From: Candidatus Bathyarchaeota archaeon
GTDB lineage: Archaea; Thermoproteota; Bathyarchaeia; Bathyarchaeales; Bathycorpusculaceae
Direction: 5' to 3'
DNA: 64,000 bases
Assembly (NCBI GenBank): GCA_963826715.1
Contig: CAWGYA010000008.1
Coordinates: 928,001-992,000 of the forward strand
Part shown: in pieces, positions 9,585 to 19,360 of the stretch
Position numbering within the stretch: the stretch's first letter is position 1
Layout: each line of letters opens with the position of its first letter
Made by a program: the position numbers and the translations under genes
Notes under the pieces: generated by a model
Seen by the model: only the letters and a program-made list of their open reading frames with translations
Databases searched by the model: none
What the model was told of the DNA's origin: nothing

Positions 9585-10520
9585 ATGGCTGACCTTAAAA
9601 ACAAAAATGTAATGGTGACTGGAGGAGCAGGCTTCATAGGATATCACCTCTGCAGTAAACTCTCGCAGTTAACAAATAACTTGTCGATTTATGATAATCT
9701 CTCTAGTGGCAAAATCGAAAATGTTAAAGATGTTCCAGTCGCCCATTTCATTCAAGGAGATATCTTAGACCAGAAAACTCTCAATGGTACCCCAAAACAG
9801 GATTTGATCTATCACTTAGCCGCGCAAGTTGTGGTACCATATTCCATGGAGAATCCACTAATTGATTTCGAAACAAACGCCAAAGGAACAGTGTGTGTCC
9901 TCGAGAAAGCACGTAAAGACGACGCCAAAGTTGTGTTTGCGTCAAGCGCCGCAGTTTATGGCAACCCGACACAGCTTCCAACAGCCGAAGAATACGGCTT
10001 TCACCCCTTCTCATGCTACGGCTTATCCAAAGTTGTGGGCGAAGAATACTGTCAGATGTATCGAGAACAATACGGTCTCGACATTGTGGTCGCGCGGTTC
10101 GCTAACGTCTATGGGTTGCGCTGTCATGGGGTTATTCACGACTTCCTTGAAAAACTTGCCCGAGATCCAAACAAATTGGAAATCATTGGCACAGGACAAC
10201 AAGCACGGGATCTGGTACATGTTTCAGATGTGGTTGATTTGTTGATTACAGTAGGTTCTTTAGAGTCAACTAACGGTAAAACCTATAATGTAGGTTACGG
10301 CAAAACAACCAAAATTATCGACTTAGCCAAAATGATGCTAAAAATACTTAACCTGCAAAACAAAACAATCGTCACAACTACTGGTGTGTCTTGGCAAGGA
10401 GACATTCAGACAATATGGTTCGATAACAGTAAAGCAAAGCGAGAACTAGGTTGGAACCCTAAAGTAACTTTGGAAGAGAGCATAAAAGAAGTCATTGCTG
10501 ACAGGAATCTGCCAGCATGA
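9585..10520 (+). CDS. NAD-dependent NDP-sugar epimerase/dehydratase (GalE-like SDR)
   Basis: VTGGAGFIG, HLAA, SSAAVYG, YGLSK, RFANVYG. Confidence 0.92.
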   Translation: MADLKNKNVMVTGGAGFIGYHLCSKLSQLTNNLSIYDNLSSGKIENVKDVPVAHFIQGDILDQKTLNGTPKQDLIYHLAAQVVVPYSMENPLIDFETNAKGTVCVLEKARKDDAKVVFASSAAVYGNPTQLPTAEEYGFHPFSCYGLSKVVGEEYCQMYREQYGLDIVVARFANVYGLRCHGVIHDFLEKLARDPNKLEIIGTGQQARDLVHVSDVVDLLITVGSLESTNGKTYNVGYGKTTKIIDLAKMMLKILNLQNKTIVTTTGVSWQGDIQTIWFDNSKAKRELGWNPKVTLEESIKEVIADRNLPA

Positions 10521-11419
10521 CCGATTCCTCGCTGACACGAGGGTTAATTGCTCTTCTACGTTTACCTTATTGGCTTATGACTGGCGGATTAGCGGTCCTA
10601 ACATCGTTTGCTATACTTAAAGGAAATTTTGTCGACATCCAAACAACGTTGGGTCCTCTAAGTGTTGTCACGGTGGCTCTTTTGACGTTCTTTTCGCTTT
10701 CTTTCATTGCATCCGGCGGGTTTGCTATTAATGATTATTATGACCGTGACAGTGATGCAGTCATTAAACCGAAGCGCCCAATACCATCAGGTGCACTTTC
10801 CTACAAGCAAGCAATCACTGTTTCAGCTGTTTTTTTTGCGTTAGGGTTAAGCATGGCGTTTCTTATCAACTGGTTAAGCTTCACAATTATAGCTATTGAC
10901 TCACTATTGCTTTTGGTATATTCATTTTTGATTAAGAGGAAGTCTGGTTTTGCAGCAAACCTGTTAATGGGTGTATTAACTGGTACAGCGTTTATTTACG
11001 GGCAGGCAACTTCAACTGGCACAATAAGCTTAGTTTCATTAAGTCTTTATCCAATTGCCTTCGGCACTATTGGAGGTAACATATTGCGAGACATATTTAG
11101 TGTGGAGGGCGACGCCAAAGTTGGATACCCCACTTTGCCCCAGAAAATCGGTAACATGAGTGCCGCCAAAGTCGGCGGATTTTTCTTTCTATTAACTGGA
11201 GTTCTAGCACCCTTGCCTTATTTAATAGGTGAATTCACGGTTTATTATCTGCCTTTAATCCTGCTTTGGAGCATACTGCTAATCTACTCCGCAATAAGGT
11301 TATTCACATCTGCATCAACTGTTGCTAGCATCCGTAAATATGAGCGTATCGTGACAATGTCAATGATGTTACTACCTCTGGCTCTGATAGTTGAAGCCAT
11401 TGTGGGATGGTTAATGTGA
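10517..11419 (+). CDS. UbiA-family prenyltransferase, digeranylgeranylglyceryl phosphate synthase (DGGGPS)
   Basis: NDYYDRDSDAVIKPKRPIPSG and RDIFSVEGDAKVGYPTLP; multiple TM helices; adjacent to tes. Confidence 0.85.
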   Translation: MTDSSLTRGLIALLRLPYWLMTGGLAVLTSFAILKGNFVDIQTTLGPLSVVTVALLTFFSLSFIASGGFAINDYYDRDSDAVIKPKRPIPSGALSYKQAITVSAVFFALGLSMAFLINWLSFTIIAIDSLLLLVYSFLIKRKSGFAANLLMGVLTGTAFIYGQATSTGTISLVSLSLYPIAFGTIGGNILRDIFSVEGDAKVGYPTLPQKIGNMSAAKVGGFFFLLTGVLAPLPYLIGEFTVYYLPLILLWSILLIYSAIRLFTSASTVASIRKYERIVTMSMMLLPLALIVEAIVGWLM

Positions 11420-12882
11420 GCGAAACAAAAAGCATCTGCCCAGAGTGCCAAAAGAAAATCGATGCTCAACTTACCAATGTCAACGGCAAAATCCAAATTT
11501 CCAAACAATGCCCCGAACACGGCGATTTTAAAGCTACCCACTGGCAAAGTAAGCCTATCTTCAGTCACATGCAAAAATATGACCAGTTCCAGTACCTCGG
11601 CGACCTTAATGCGCCCAAAAACCCCGATGGCTGCCCCTACGTTTGTGAGACCTGCCAAAACCACGCATCTGGAACTGTAATTGGTGTTATTGATGTAACG
11701 AAGCGATGCAATTTCCGTTGCGCGGTGTGCTTTTCAACTTTTCCTGACCAGGAAGAGGACTATGAACCCACCAAAGAAGCCTTAATTGATATGCTTGAGT
11801 TTGCGGCCAAGGCTAATCCCAAACCACCAGCGATTCTTTTTTCAGGAGGTGAGCCGCTTGAGCGGGAGGACATGCCTGAAATCATCGCAGCTGCCCACAA
11901 ACTTAAATTTATGACGATTCTAGCAACCAACGGCACCCATTTGGTTACAGACGAAGGATTAGCCCGGAAGCTCAAAGATAACGGATTAAATATCGTTTAC
12001 CTTTCTTTCGACAGTTTTCATGAAGAATTCAACAAAAAAGTTCGTGGGCGACCATTAGTAGATATCAAGTTTAAAGCTATCGAGGTTTGCCGCAAGCATG
12101 ATATGGAAATCATCCTTGTCAATACGCTGATGAAAAGCCTCAACGATAGTGAAGTTGGAGACATGATTCGTTTTGCAGCTAAAAATACTGATATTGTGCG
12201 TGGTTTAATCTTTCAGCCAATTGCCTTTACAGGTCGTGCCACTGAGAATCCTTTTCGCGAAAACTTCCGTGAATGGAGTTTCGCAGAAGACGTTGAAAAG
12301 CAGACCAATGGTGAAATCAAAAGCACCGATCTATTTCCAATGTCAGTTATGACTTCGCCCATTAAAATTATGCGTAAATTCATGATGAAACCGTGGCCGC
12401 TTTTCAGTTGTAGTCCCCAGTGTGGCATTGTAAATTGGATCTACGTTTCTAAAGAGGGCAAGATGTTTCCAATTAACCGCTTCGTGAATTTTGATCGTTT
12501 CTTCAGTTACATCCGCAAAACTGCTGAGGGTGCTGAGTCAAAGGGGAAATTGGCATTGCTTTCTTCCCTGTTTATGGGTTCGATGTTGTCAATGAATATG
12601 CTACTTGTAACCCGCGAGGTCGGTACCTTCACCCTAATAAAGAGCATAATGCGGATGCATCTTTCACCTTCATATCAATCGTTAGGTAAAATTCGAAGAA
12701 GAATTTTCCTTTTAGGTTGCATGGCGTTTATGGATAGCTACAACTTTGATGTGAATCGTGTGCGTCGATGCGTAGTGCATTACATTACTCCTGATAAGAA
12801 AATTATTCCCTTCTGCGCCTATAATAACGTGCATCGAGTTGCTATCGAAAAAGCTTATGCAATGAAACGAAAGAAAGCTTAA
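11407..12882 (+). CDS. tes: Tetraether lipid synthase (GDGT-MAS/Tes, MJ0619 family radical SAM)
   Basis: TKSICPEC...KQCPEHG, GCPYVCETC, IDVTKRCNFRCAVC and C-terminal FMDSYNFDVNRVRRCVVHY.TPD..IIPFCAYN. Confidence 0.88.
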   Translation: MVNVSETKSICPECQKKIDAQLTNVNGKIQISKQCPEHGDFKATHWQSKPIFSHMQKYDQFQYLGDLNAPKNPDGCPYVCETCQNHASGTVIGVIDVTKRCNFRCAVCFSTFPDQEEDYEPTKEALIDMLEFAAKANPKPPAILFSGGEPLEREDMPEIIAAAHKLKFMTILATNGTHLVTDEGLARKLKDNGLNIVYLSFDSFHEEFNKKVRGRPLVDIKFKAIEVCRKHDMEIILVNTLMKSLNDSEVGDMIRFAAKNTDIVRGLIFQPIAFTGRATENPFRENFREWSFAEDVEKQTNGEIKSTDLFPMSVMTSPIKIMRKFMMKPWPLFSCSPQCGIVNWIYVSKEGKMFPINRFVNFDRFFSYIRKTAEGAESKGKLALLSSLFMGSMLSMNMLLVTREVGTFTLIKSIMRMHLSPSYQSLGKIRRRIFLLGCMAFMDSYNFDVNRVRRCVVHYITPDKKIIPFCAYNNVHRVAIEKAYAMKRKKA

Positions 12883-12916
12883 GAACAAGTTCATATTGTT
12901 GCGCTTCCCATTCTGA

Positions 12917-13269
12917 TTATAGCATTGTTATCTGAGTCCGTCCGAGGTAGAAGGGTCCATTGTACACCGTGTTATTTTCATATAATGCATTGTGCCATAC
13001 TTCAAATTGCAGGGTAGAGTTATCTAAAGCGTAGTTTCCCTGCTCGGGCATAAACGTTGCCTCGCCAGCAATCTCAAGCACGTTAGAATCGTTTATCATT
13101 GAATTTCTGAGTCTCTTAACAACCAGTAACCGTCATCTAAGGCAGGGGTGTAACAATTGATATTGGCGTCAGCTTGATTAACAAAAAATGTTACAGCGAG
13201 AATACCTATGCAGGCTAAAGCAATTGAAATATGACTGAATTTAGCCATAGTTATCGCTTGATATAACAT
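12917..13269 (-). pseudogene. Remnant of a secreted hypothetical protein
   Basis: GGAG SD plus ATG 13269 gives a signal-peptide-like MLYQAITMAKFSHISIALACIGILAVTFF. The frame breaks near 13110 into ORF 12917-13099. Confidence 0.35.
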
Positions 13270-13424
13270 AGTTTTTCTCCTTTATCTTGTTTTAGGAAAT
13301 TTGTTAAATATTTTATTTGTTGACAAAAATTAATTCGAGTGTATAGTTCTCGATTGAGTGTTGTTGAACTACATAGTCAATTATTTAATTAGAATCGTTT
13401 AGGAGGTTGCATCCATAGTCAACT

Positions 13425-13925
13425 TCAAACAACCTCTATGTCTAATATACAATTGTTATATCCTGTAAACTCCAACGATCCATCCCCGTTAACAAGATAC
13501 AACTCGAAAACAACCGTATAACTACCCACAGCATTTTCTGTGAGTGTGATCCTATGTTGTTGGTGTGATCCGTCGACCAAACTCAGATCATAGGTGTCCA
13601 CGGGGGTTATGTCTACGGGGGACCCTTTGTAAACCTGGGTGATCTTGGTTTGAACCTGATAGTTATGGCTGCTGGTACCGCCCATATGGTTCTCAACTGT
13701 AATATAGACGCTAAAGGTGCTGTTTTGGTTGTGAACTAGTGTGTGGGGGTAGTCTACGGCTTGATTGTTTGCGTCTAAAATTGAGAGGGTATTGTAAGGT
13801 TCGGGTTGGGGTCTATAAATCAGGTAGTATCCCGCAATAGTTGAAGCTACAATAATAAGAGCAATGAAAACGGCGACTGCATAGCCGACTTCATCGCTTA
13901 AACCGATTCGCTTTCCAATGTGCAT
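13425..13925 (-). CDS. DUF1616-like membrane-anchored protein (start uncertain)
   Basis: One TM helix, then EPYNTLSIL..DYP..VYITVENHMG..VVFELY. Confidence 0.7.
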   Translation of the reverse strand: MHIGKRIGLSDEVGYAVAVFIALIIVASTIAGYYLIYRPQPEPYNTLSILDANNQAVDYPHTLVHNQNSTFSVYITVENHMGGTSSHNYQVQTKITQVYKGSPVDITPVDTYDLSLVDGSHQQHRITLTENAVGSYTVVFELYLVNGDGSLEFTGYNNCILDIEVV

Positions 13926-14628
13926 AACAGACCCTAAACGTTTTAGCATCCAAAAACCCCTTAAATATAGTGGTAAAAATCCTGATCCCCGACTGAAAAG
14001 GTTTAAGTTTGGTTTTACCGTATGTTCGAGGCTTGTAAGTTGTGGGTATTTCCGCCATATTATACCCTTCTCTTGCGAATTGTATGAGCATCTCTGTAGC
14101 AAATGGCATATCTGTTTCTTTGAACTTTACACTATCATATTTTTTGCGGTCGATTGCTCGAAAACCAGATTGTGTGTCACTGAGGAATTGACTATAGAAA
14201 AAGTCGTAGGTGAAAGTGATAGCTTTGTTACCAATAAAGTTGAGAAACCCCATAGCCTTGTTAGGATCATACATGCGAGTCGCTAAAACCAGGTCCGCGT
14301 CTTTCTCGATTAAACGGCTGACGAGGCGATCGATGTGTTTGAACTCGTAAGTACCATCAGCATCAACCATGATAAGTATGTTTCCCTTTGCGTTTTTCAT
14401 ACCTGTCCTTAGTGCAATTCCATATCCGCGCCTCGGTTCAATAATTAAACGACATTTACCAGTTTGGTTAACCAATTCTATGGTTCCATCTGTTGAGTTG
14501 CTGTCCACGATGATGATTTCTTTGGGGTAACTCACATGCCTATCGATAGTGTTTATAGCTTCCAGTATGGTACCCGCTTCGTTTAAGGTTGGAATCACGA
14601 CCGAGACCATTTCAACTTTTGATGTCAT
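13891..14628 (-). CDS. GT2 glycosyltransferase (DPM1/polyprenol-phosphate sugar synthase-like)
   Basis: VVIPTLNEA, IVDSNSTDGT, GYGIA, DADG, DTQSGFRA, YKPRTYGKTKL. Confidence 0.9.
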   Translation of the reverse strand: MTSKVEMVSVVIPTLNEAGTILEAINTIDRHVSYPKEIIIVDSNSTDGTIELVNQTGKCRLIIEPRRGYGIALRTGMKNAKGNILIMVDADGTYEFKHIDRLVSRLIEKDADLVLATRMYDPNKAMGFLNFIGNKAITFTYDFFYSQFLSDTQSGFRAIDRKKYDSVKFKETDMPFATEMLIQFAREGYNMAEIPTTYKPRTYGKTKLKPFQSGIRIFTTIFKGFLDAKTFRVCYAHWKANRFKR

Positions 14629-14673
14629 CAGCTAACTTCCAGCTTAAAGGGCTATATTGTTTCCGCATCGAGG

Positions 14674-15831
14674 TTAAATAAGTCCTTCGTATATTTCAAG
14701 TAACTTTTCAACGTTTGAATCCCAGCTAAATTGTTCCTCAACCCGGGCTCGTAACTCAGTAGAGCGAGAAGAGAAATCTCCATCTATAAACTCCAAAATT
14801 GCCTCAGCAAGTCGATGTGGCTGGTTGGGTGGAACCAGTTTGCCATAGCCTGCAAGTAAGATTTCTTTAATACCGCCTACGTCGGTTGCTACTACTGGGA
14901 GTCCGCATGCCATAGCTTCCATCGCCACCAGCGGTAATCCTTCACCTGACTTAGAAGGTAACACAAATAGGTCTGCCAAGTTATAGTATACTGGCAAATC
15001 CGCGTCGCTGACAAATCCTGTTATCTTAAAGTTTGATTCTATACCCAACTGTGCCACAGCTAATTTTACACTATCAAGGTCAGGTCCTTTTCCGACAGCA
15101 ACGAACACGATTCTTGGGTTCTTTTGTATAGCGATTCTGGCGCAGTCCAGCAACGTATCTATTCCGTTCTTATAAACAAGCCTTCGAACAGTCAAAATCA
15201 CCAATGCATTGCTAGAAATACCAAGTTTACGCCGCATTTCTTCACGTTTACTATACAGAGGCTTGAATCGAGCTAAATCTACACCATTATAAATGACTTT
15301 CACTTTGCTCGGTTTTGCACCTAGCCGCAGCACGTAGTCTTTAGTGGAATTGCTTATGGCTATAATTTTGTCGGCGGAGTTCAGGTTTTGTTTTCCTACT
15401 GATAAATCGTTTAGTCGTTCAACCTGATCAAAGATGTTGTTGTATTCAATGAAAGTGTTGTGTTGGGTTAGAACAAAGGGTTTGCCATAGAATTTAGCAA
15501 GCTTGCCTGCTACAAGCGAGGTCAGGTAGGGGTGTCCATGTGCATGGATGAGTTGGCTGGATTTAATAGCCTTATCAAACGTTCCAAAACTTGTAGCTGT
15601 GGGAATCGAGTAGGGAATACCCAGTCGAAAGCCAGTGTTGAGAGATTCATAGCATTCAACAGGCACTCCATCAATGATGTAACTTTTAGGTGTGCCTATA
15701 CGGTTGGTAACTACGGTTGGAGCGTAGTTTTTATGAAGTAGACGTTTACTCTGTTCATTAGTCACCTTCTCAATACCACCGACGTGCGGCAGAAAAGTGT
15801 GGGTGATTATGCAGAGCCGAGTTCGAACCAT
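14674..15831 (-). CDS. GT4 glycosyltransferase
   Basis: PHVGGIE, IHAH, YNGVD, EGLPLVAMEAMACGLPVVATDVGG. Confidence 0.92.
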   Translation of the reverse strand: MVRTRLCIITHTFLPHVGGIEKVTNEQSKRLLHKNYAPTVVTNRIGTPKSYIIDGVPVECYESLNTGFRLGIPYSIPTATSFGTFDKAIKSSQLIHAHGHPYLTSLVAGKLAKFYGKPFVLTQHNTFIEYNNIFDQVERLNDLSVGKQNLNSADKIIAISNSTKDYVLRLGAKPSKVKVIYNGVDLARFKPLYSKREEMRRKLGISSNALVILTVRRLVYKNGIDTLLDCARIAIQKNPRIVFVAVGKGPDLDSVKLAVAQLGIESNFKITGFVSDADLPVYYNLADLFVLPSKSGEGLPLVAMEAMACGLPVVATDVGGIKEILLAGYGKLVPPNQPHRLAEAILEFIDGDFSSRSTELRARVEEQFSWDSNVEKLLEIYEGLI

Positions 15832-15891
15832 TCGGAACCAACGCTTAAACCCTCAACCGCGATAGTATTATAATTTGCGGAAAAATGTAAA

Positions 15892-16371
15892 CTATGTTGG
15901 TGTCCCTGTATCTTTGAGTGATTTGGTGTAAACATTCGAAGATGCACCCGCTACCAAGGCACCAATGGCGTCATTTGTCAAAGGAGGCAGCTCTTTTAAG
16001 ATGCCCGGTTTAGCTTGGTCGAAACGAACAAACTCAAACATACCTCTTGATCCGCCGATGTAGGTGGCGATTGCTATGCCGATGAGTTCGTCAGCAACAA
16101 GCCCCGGTCTGCCCATGAAACGTTCAACCGTTAGACCTGGAATACGCCCGTTTTCAGCTTCTTGTTGAGCCTGGAAGGCGGCGACAATGAGAGTGGAGAT
16201 ATTAACATCAGTTAAAATGTCAAGGAATTCTTCTTTAAGAAGCGCAGTGGCTTTTTCTGCATTTTCAATGCCTGGATGAGGTACATACATTTCAAGTGCA
16301 CTGTCGATTAGACTTTGGAGGGTTATTCCTCTCTTCTCGAGATATTCAAGCATTGGTGGGTTGATTATCAT
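15892..16371 (-). CDS. cobZ: Archaeal alpha-ribazole phosphatase CobZ (PgpA-like)
   Basis: DVNISTL, LVADELIGIAIATYIGG..GMFEFVRFDQAKPGIL..LPP. ATG at 16371 is the likely start. Confidence 0.85.
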   Translation of the reverse strand: MIINPPMLEYLEKRGITLQSLIDSALEMYVPHPGIENAEKATALLKEEFLDILTDVNISTLIVAAFQAQQEAENGRIPGLTVERFMGRPGLVADELIGIAIATYIGGSRGMFEFVRFDQAKPGILKELPPLTNDAIGALVAGASSNVYTKSLKDTGTPT

Positions 16372-16804
16372 CTTGACCTTGGTTTTTACTGGTGAAGAAT
16401 GGTTTAAAGTTTTGCACAGGTTTACTTGTTTGATTTTAAGTGACATTTAGGCAGTAATTGGAATTTTTGGTTGATTTTATCTTGTTATATGCGCTCTTAC
16501 TTATTCTTAGGAAAGTTTTAAGACAGGATAGCTCAAGTTTATTGATTGTGATCTTTTGGTTTTTTTCTTTATTTATTATCCTAAATATTGATGTTGCTTG
16601 ATTGATTTGAGAATTTTTCCGTAAGCCTTATATTAAATATGTTGGATAAACCAACCAACGTTCGGGTGATGATTTGCTAAACATAAAGAAAACCGCTAAT
16701 CCTTCGAGCAAAGTTTTATCAGCAGCTTTATTAACTAAATGTTTGGCGAGAAAAACCTTATTTTACTGTTTAACTGTTTATAATCCATCAGGAGGAAAAA
16801 ATAG

Positions 16805-17473
16805 GTGAAAGTTGTTGCTTCATGGAGCGGCGGCAAAGATAGTTGCTACGCTTTCTACCTTGCTATCCAACAAGGTCACCAGGTACTCAGCCTAATTACT
16901 ATGATGATGAGCAAAGAGAAATCTAACTTCCATATGATACCCACAGGCATCATAGATGCTCAAGCAGAGGTAATGGGCGTTCCGTTAATTAAGAAAAACA
17001 CCTCAGCAAATACCTACGAGGATGATTTTAAAGCAATGCTCTCTGAATGCAAAGCAATGGGCGCCGAGGGTCTAGTAACAGGCGATATCTATGAGGTAGC
17101 CGGGCATGAAGAAGGCTGGTTGAGCCGAATTTGCAATGAAGTAGGTTTAGTTCCAGTAAAGCCTTTATGGATGGGTGATACTAAACAGATTTACCTCGAT
17201 TACCTTAAAACAGGCTTTAAAGCAACAGTTGTCCGCACCAATAAAGTCCTTAGTCTCGCTTGGTTGGGACGCGTTTTGGATCGCGAATTCTATGACGATA
17301 TTTTGGCCATGGGCGGAGTGGATGTATGCGGGGAAGGCGGAGAATACCATACTGTAATAACTGACGGACCTAACTTTACCTCTAAAATTGAACTGTTGGA
17401 AACCGAAAAGCAAAGATTAGAGAACGGCTTTGGATATTTGGAAATCAAGAAGTGGAATGTAACCCCCAAATAG
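16805..17473 (+). CDS. DUF71/COG2102 PP-loop ATPase (diphthine-ammonia ligase family), probably the B12-associated subgroup
   Basis: SWSGGKDS, TGDI, PLW, CGEGGEYHT.ITDGPNF; first gene of the cobT-cobS-cobY operon. Confidence 0.85.
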   Translation: MKVVASWSGGKDSCYAFYLAIQQGHQVLSLITMMMSKEKSNFHMIPTGIIDAQAEVMGVPLIKKNTSANTYEDDFKAMLSECKAMGAEGLVTGDIYEVAGHEEGWLSRICNEVGLVPVKPLWMGDTKQIYLDYLKTGFKATVVRTNKVLSLAWLGRVLDREFYDDILAMGGVDVCGEGGEYHTVITDGPNFTSKIELLETEKQRLENGFGYLEIKKWNVTPK

Positions 17474-17484
17474 CGTGACCCGCC

Positions 17485-18573
17485 ATGGATGTTATAATTG
17501 CCAATAATGCGTTGAAAGCAAAAGCCTTCTTAGATGAAATTGAAGGAAAAAATCCCTTATTCATAGTTACAATCGCCACAACTGAAACCGCCAAAATCCC
17601 AGGTTTATCAGCTGCTGGTGCAAACCCCGACTTTACCGATTTTACCCCACCCGCAGATGCTGAGCTGTTGCTATTAGGCAAATGCAAAAGTATACAGGGC
17701 GTTCCAATTACCCCCGACGGTATCCCCACCCCTGCGCTCATTACGACTTCTGCTCTACATCTAGCCGACATACCAGTGCTGGTAGTTAACGGCGGAGTTA
17801 AAGTTAAGCCCCAAATCCCCTATATTGACCTTAGTGGAAGCTCAGGACGCGATATTCGAAGTGGGGACAGTGTCGACAATGTAGAAGAAGTCATTGAACG
17901 CGCAAAAGTCGTTGGTGAACAATTAGCTAAGGTGGCAGATTATCTTGTTATCGGTGAGAGCGTTCCTGGTGGAACAACTACAGCATTAGGCGTATTGATG
18001 GCGTTGGGTGTTGATGCGCAGGGCAAAGTAAGCAGCACGCTGCCAAAAAACCCGCATAGTTTGAAAGCTGAGGTAGTTGCAACTGGATTAAAAGCAGCAG
18101 GCGGAAAATTCGGTAGCCTAAAAAGTGACCCCATTAAGGCTGTTTCTGCAGTCGGCGACCCTATGATGGCGGCGTTGGTAGGTCTAGTTATCGGCGGCGC
18201 ACGTCAGGCTCCTGTGCTGATGGCTGGCGGAACACAGATGACAGCGGTTTTAGCAGTAATTAACGCTCTTAGCCCTGAATCATTATGTAATGTTGCAGTA
18301 GGTACCACTCGCTGGGTGACCAAAGACAAATCCTCTGATATCTGCGGCATAATCAAACAATTCTGCGATGTTCCTGTATTGGCAGCTGACCTAGATTTCG
18401 GTCCTTCACAGTATCCAGGTCTGCAAATCTATGAAACCGGTCTCGTCAAAGAGGGCGTAGGCGCAGGTGGAGCATCAATCGCAGCGATGGCCAAGACCGG
18501 TGGCGCGATTGACAAACAAATTCTTCTTAAGGAGATAGAGCGTAACTATGCCTCACTGATGCAGATAAAGTGA
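17485..18573 (+). CDS. cobT: Archaeal CobT (nicotinate-nucleotide:lower-base phosphoribosyltransferase, TIGR00303 type)
   Basis: TETAKIPGLSAAG, TPALIT, GESVPGGTTTA, GDPM, AGGTQM, VKEGVGAGG. Confidence 0.92.
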   Translation: MDVIIANNALKAKAFLDEIEGKNPLFIVTIATTETAKIPGLSAAGANPDFTDFTPPADAELLLLGKCKSIQGVPITPDGIPTPALITTSALHLADIPVLVVNGGVKVKPQIPYIDLSGSSGRDIRSGDSVDNVEEVIERAKVVGEQLAKVADYLVIGESVPGGTTTALGVLMALGVDAQGKVSSTLPKNPHSLKAEVVATGLKAAGGKFGSLKSDPIKAVSAVGDPMMAALVGLVIGGARQAPVLMAGGTQMTAVLAVINALSPESLCNVAVGTTRWVTKDKSSDICGIIKQFCDVPVLAADLDFGPSQYPGLQIYETGLVKEGVGAGGASIAAMAKTGGAIDKQILLKEIERNYASLMQIK

Positions 18574-18580
18574 GACGCCC

Positions 18581-19360
18581 GTGGTACTTCAAAAGTTAAA
18601 GAACCTGCTATCTTTCCTAACAGTTTTCCCAGTCACCATGGACGAGAACCTACTGACTGACTGCGCACGCAATATGTGGGCTTTCCCACTTGTTGGAGCA
18701 TTTTTAGGTTTACTGGCAGGCTTGTTTGGCTGGGTCACAATTCAGTTTTTGCCAAGTATTGTGGTCGGCGGCTTAGTTCTGGGGCTGCTACTTTTGATGA
18801 CTGGCCTACATCATACGGATGGGTTGCTTGATTTTGGAGACGGTATTATGGTGCATGGTACCCCGGCAAAAAAGATAGAAGTCATGCATGATCAACTTAC
18901 AGGTGCAGGAGCAATCGGTTTAGGCCTAATTACTTATCTAACCACAGCTTTTGCTTTTGCCTCGCTAAGTAATAATGTAATTTATTATGGTTTTAGCATG
19001 CCATTGATTTTTCCCGCCGTGTTAGTTGTTGAGATGTCTGCAAAATTGTCAATGGTAGTGGCGGCGTGGGCAGGAAAATCCGTTCATGAAGGGATGAACT
19101 CAGCATTCCTTCAAGTCATGCACGGTAGAGGTGGTAACTGGCGGCTTTTCGCAGCACTTGTGATCTCTTTTGGAATCGCAGTTCTATTGCTTGGATGGGC
19201 GGGTATATTCACTGTTTTGGTCTCTGTAATCACGGGTTTAGTTATGGTTGCTATTGCACATAGAAACTTTGGTGGAGTCACCGGCGATGTTTTCGGAGCC
19301 ACAAACGAATTGTCGCGGATGGTCGCCATAATTATGCTTTTGGCGGTGGCACTATGGTAG
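18581..19360 (+). CDS. cobS: Cobalamin synthase CobS, canonical copy B
   Basis: TGLHHTDGLLDFGDG, EVMHDQLTG and FGGVTGDVFGATNE. Confidence 0.92.
   Translation: MVLQKLKNLLSFLTVFPVTMDENLLTDCARNMWAFPLVGAFLGLLAGLFGWVTIQFLPSIVVGGLVLGLLLLMTGLHHTDGLLDFGDGIMVHGTPAKKIEVMHDQLTGAGAIGLGLITYLTTAFAFASLSNNVIYYGFSMPLIFPAVLVVEMSAKLSMVVAAWAGKSVHEGMNSAFLQVMHGRGGNWRLFAALVISFGIAVLLLGWAGIFTVLVSVITGLVMVAIAHRNFGGVTGDVFGATNELSRMVAIIMLLAVALW

Noticed and set aside
13926-14102. N-terminal extension of the DUF1616 ORF
   Set aside because: It overlaps the GT2 coding sequence by about 200 nt and shows no family similarity; a longest-ORF artefact.
16666-16740. Box C (GTGATGA) suggesting a C/D sRNA, or a cobalamin riboswitch upstream of the cob operon
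   Set aside because: No CTGA D box at a suitable distance, and no riboswitch core motifs in this AT-rich sequence.
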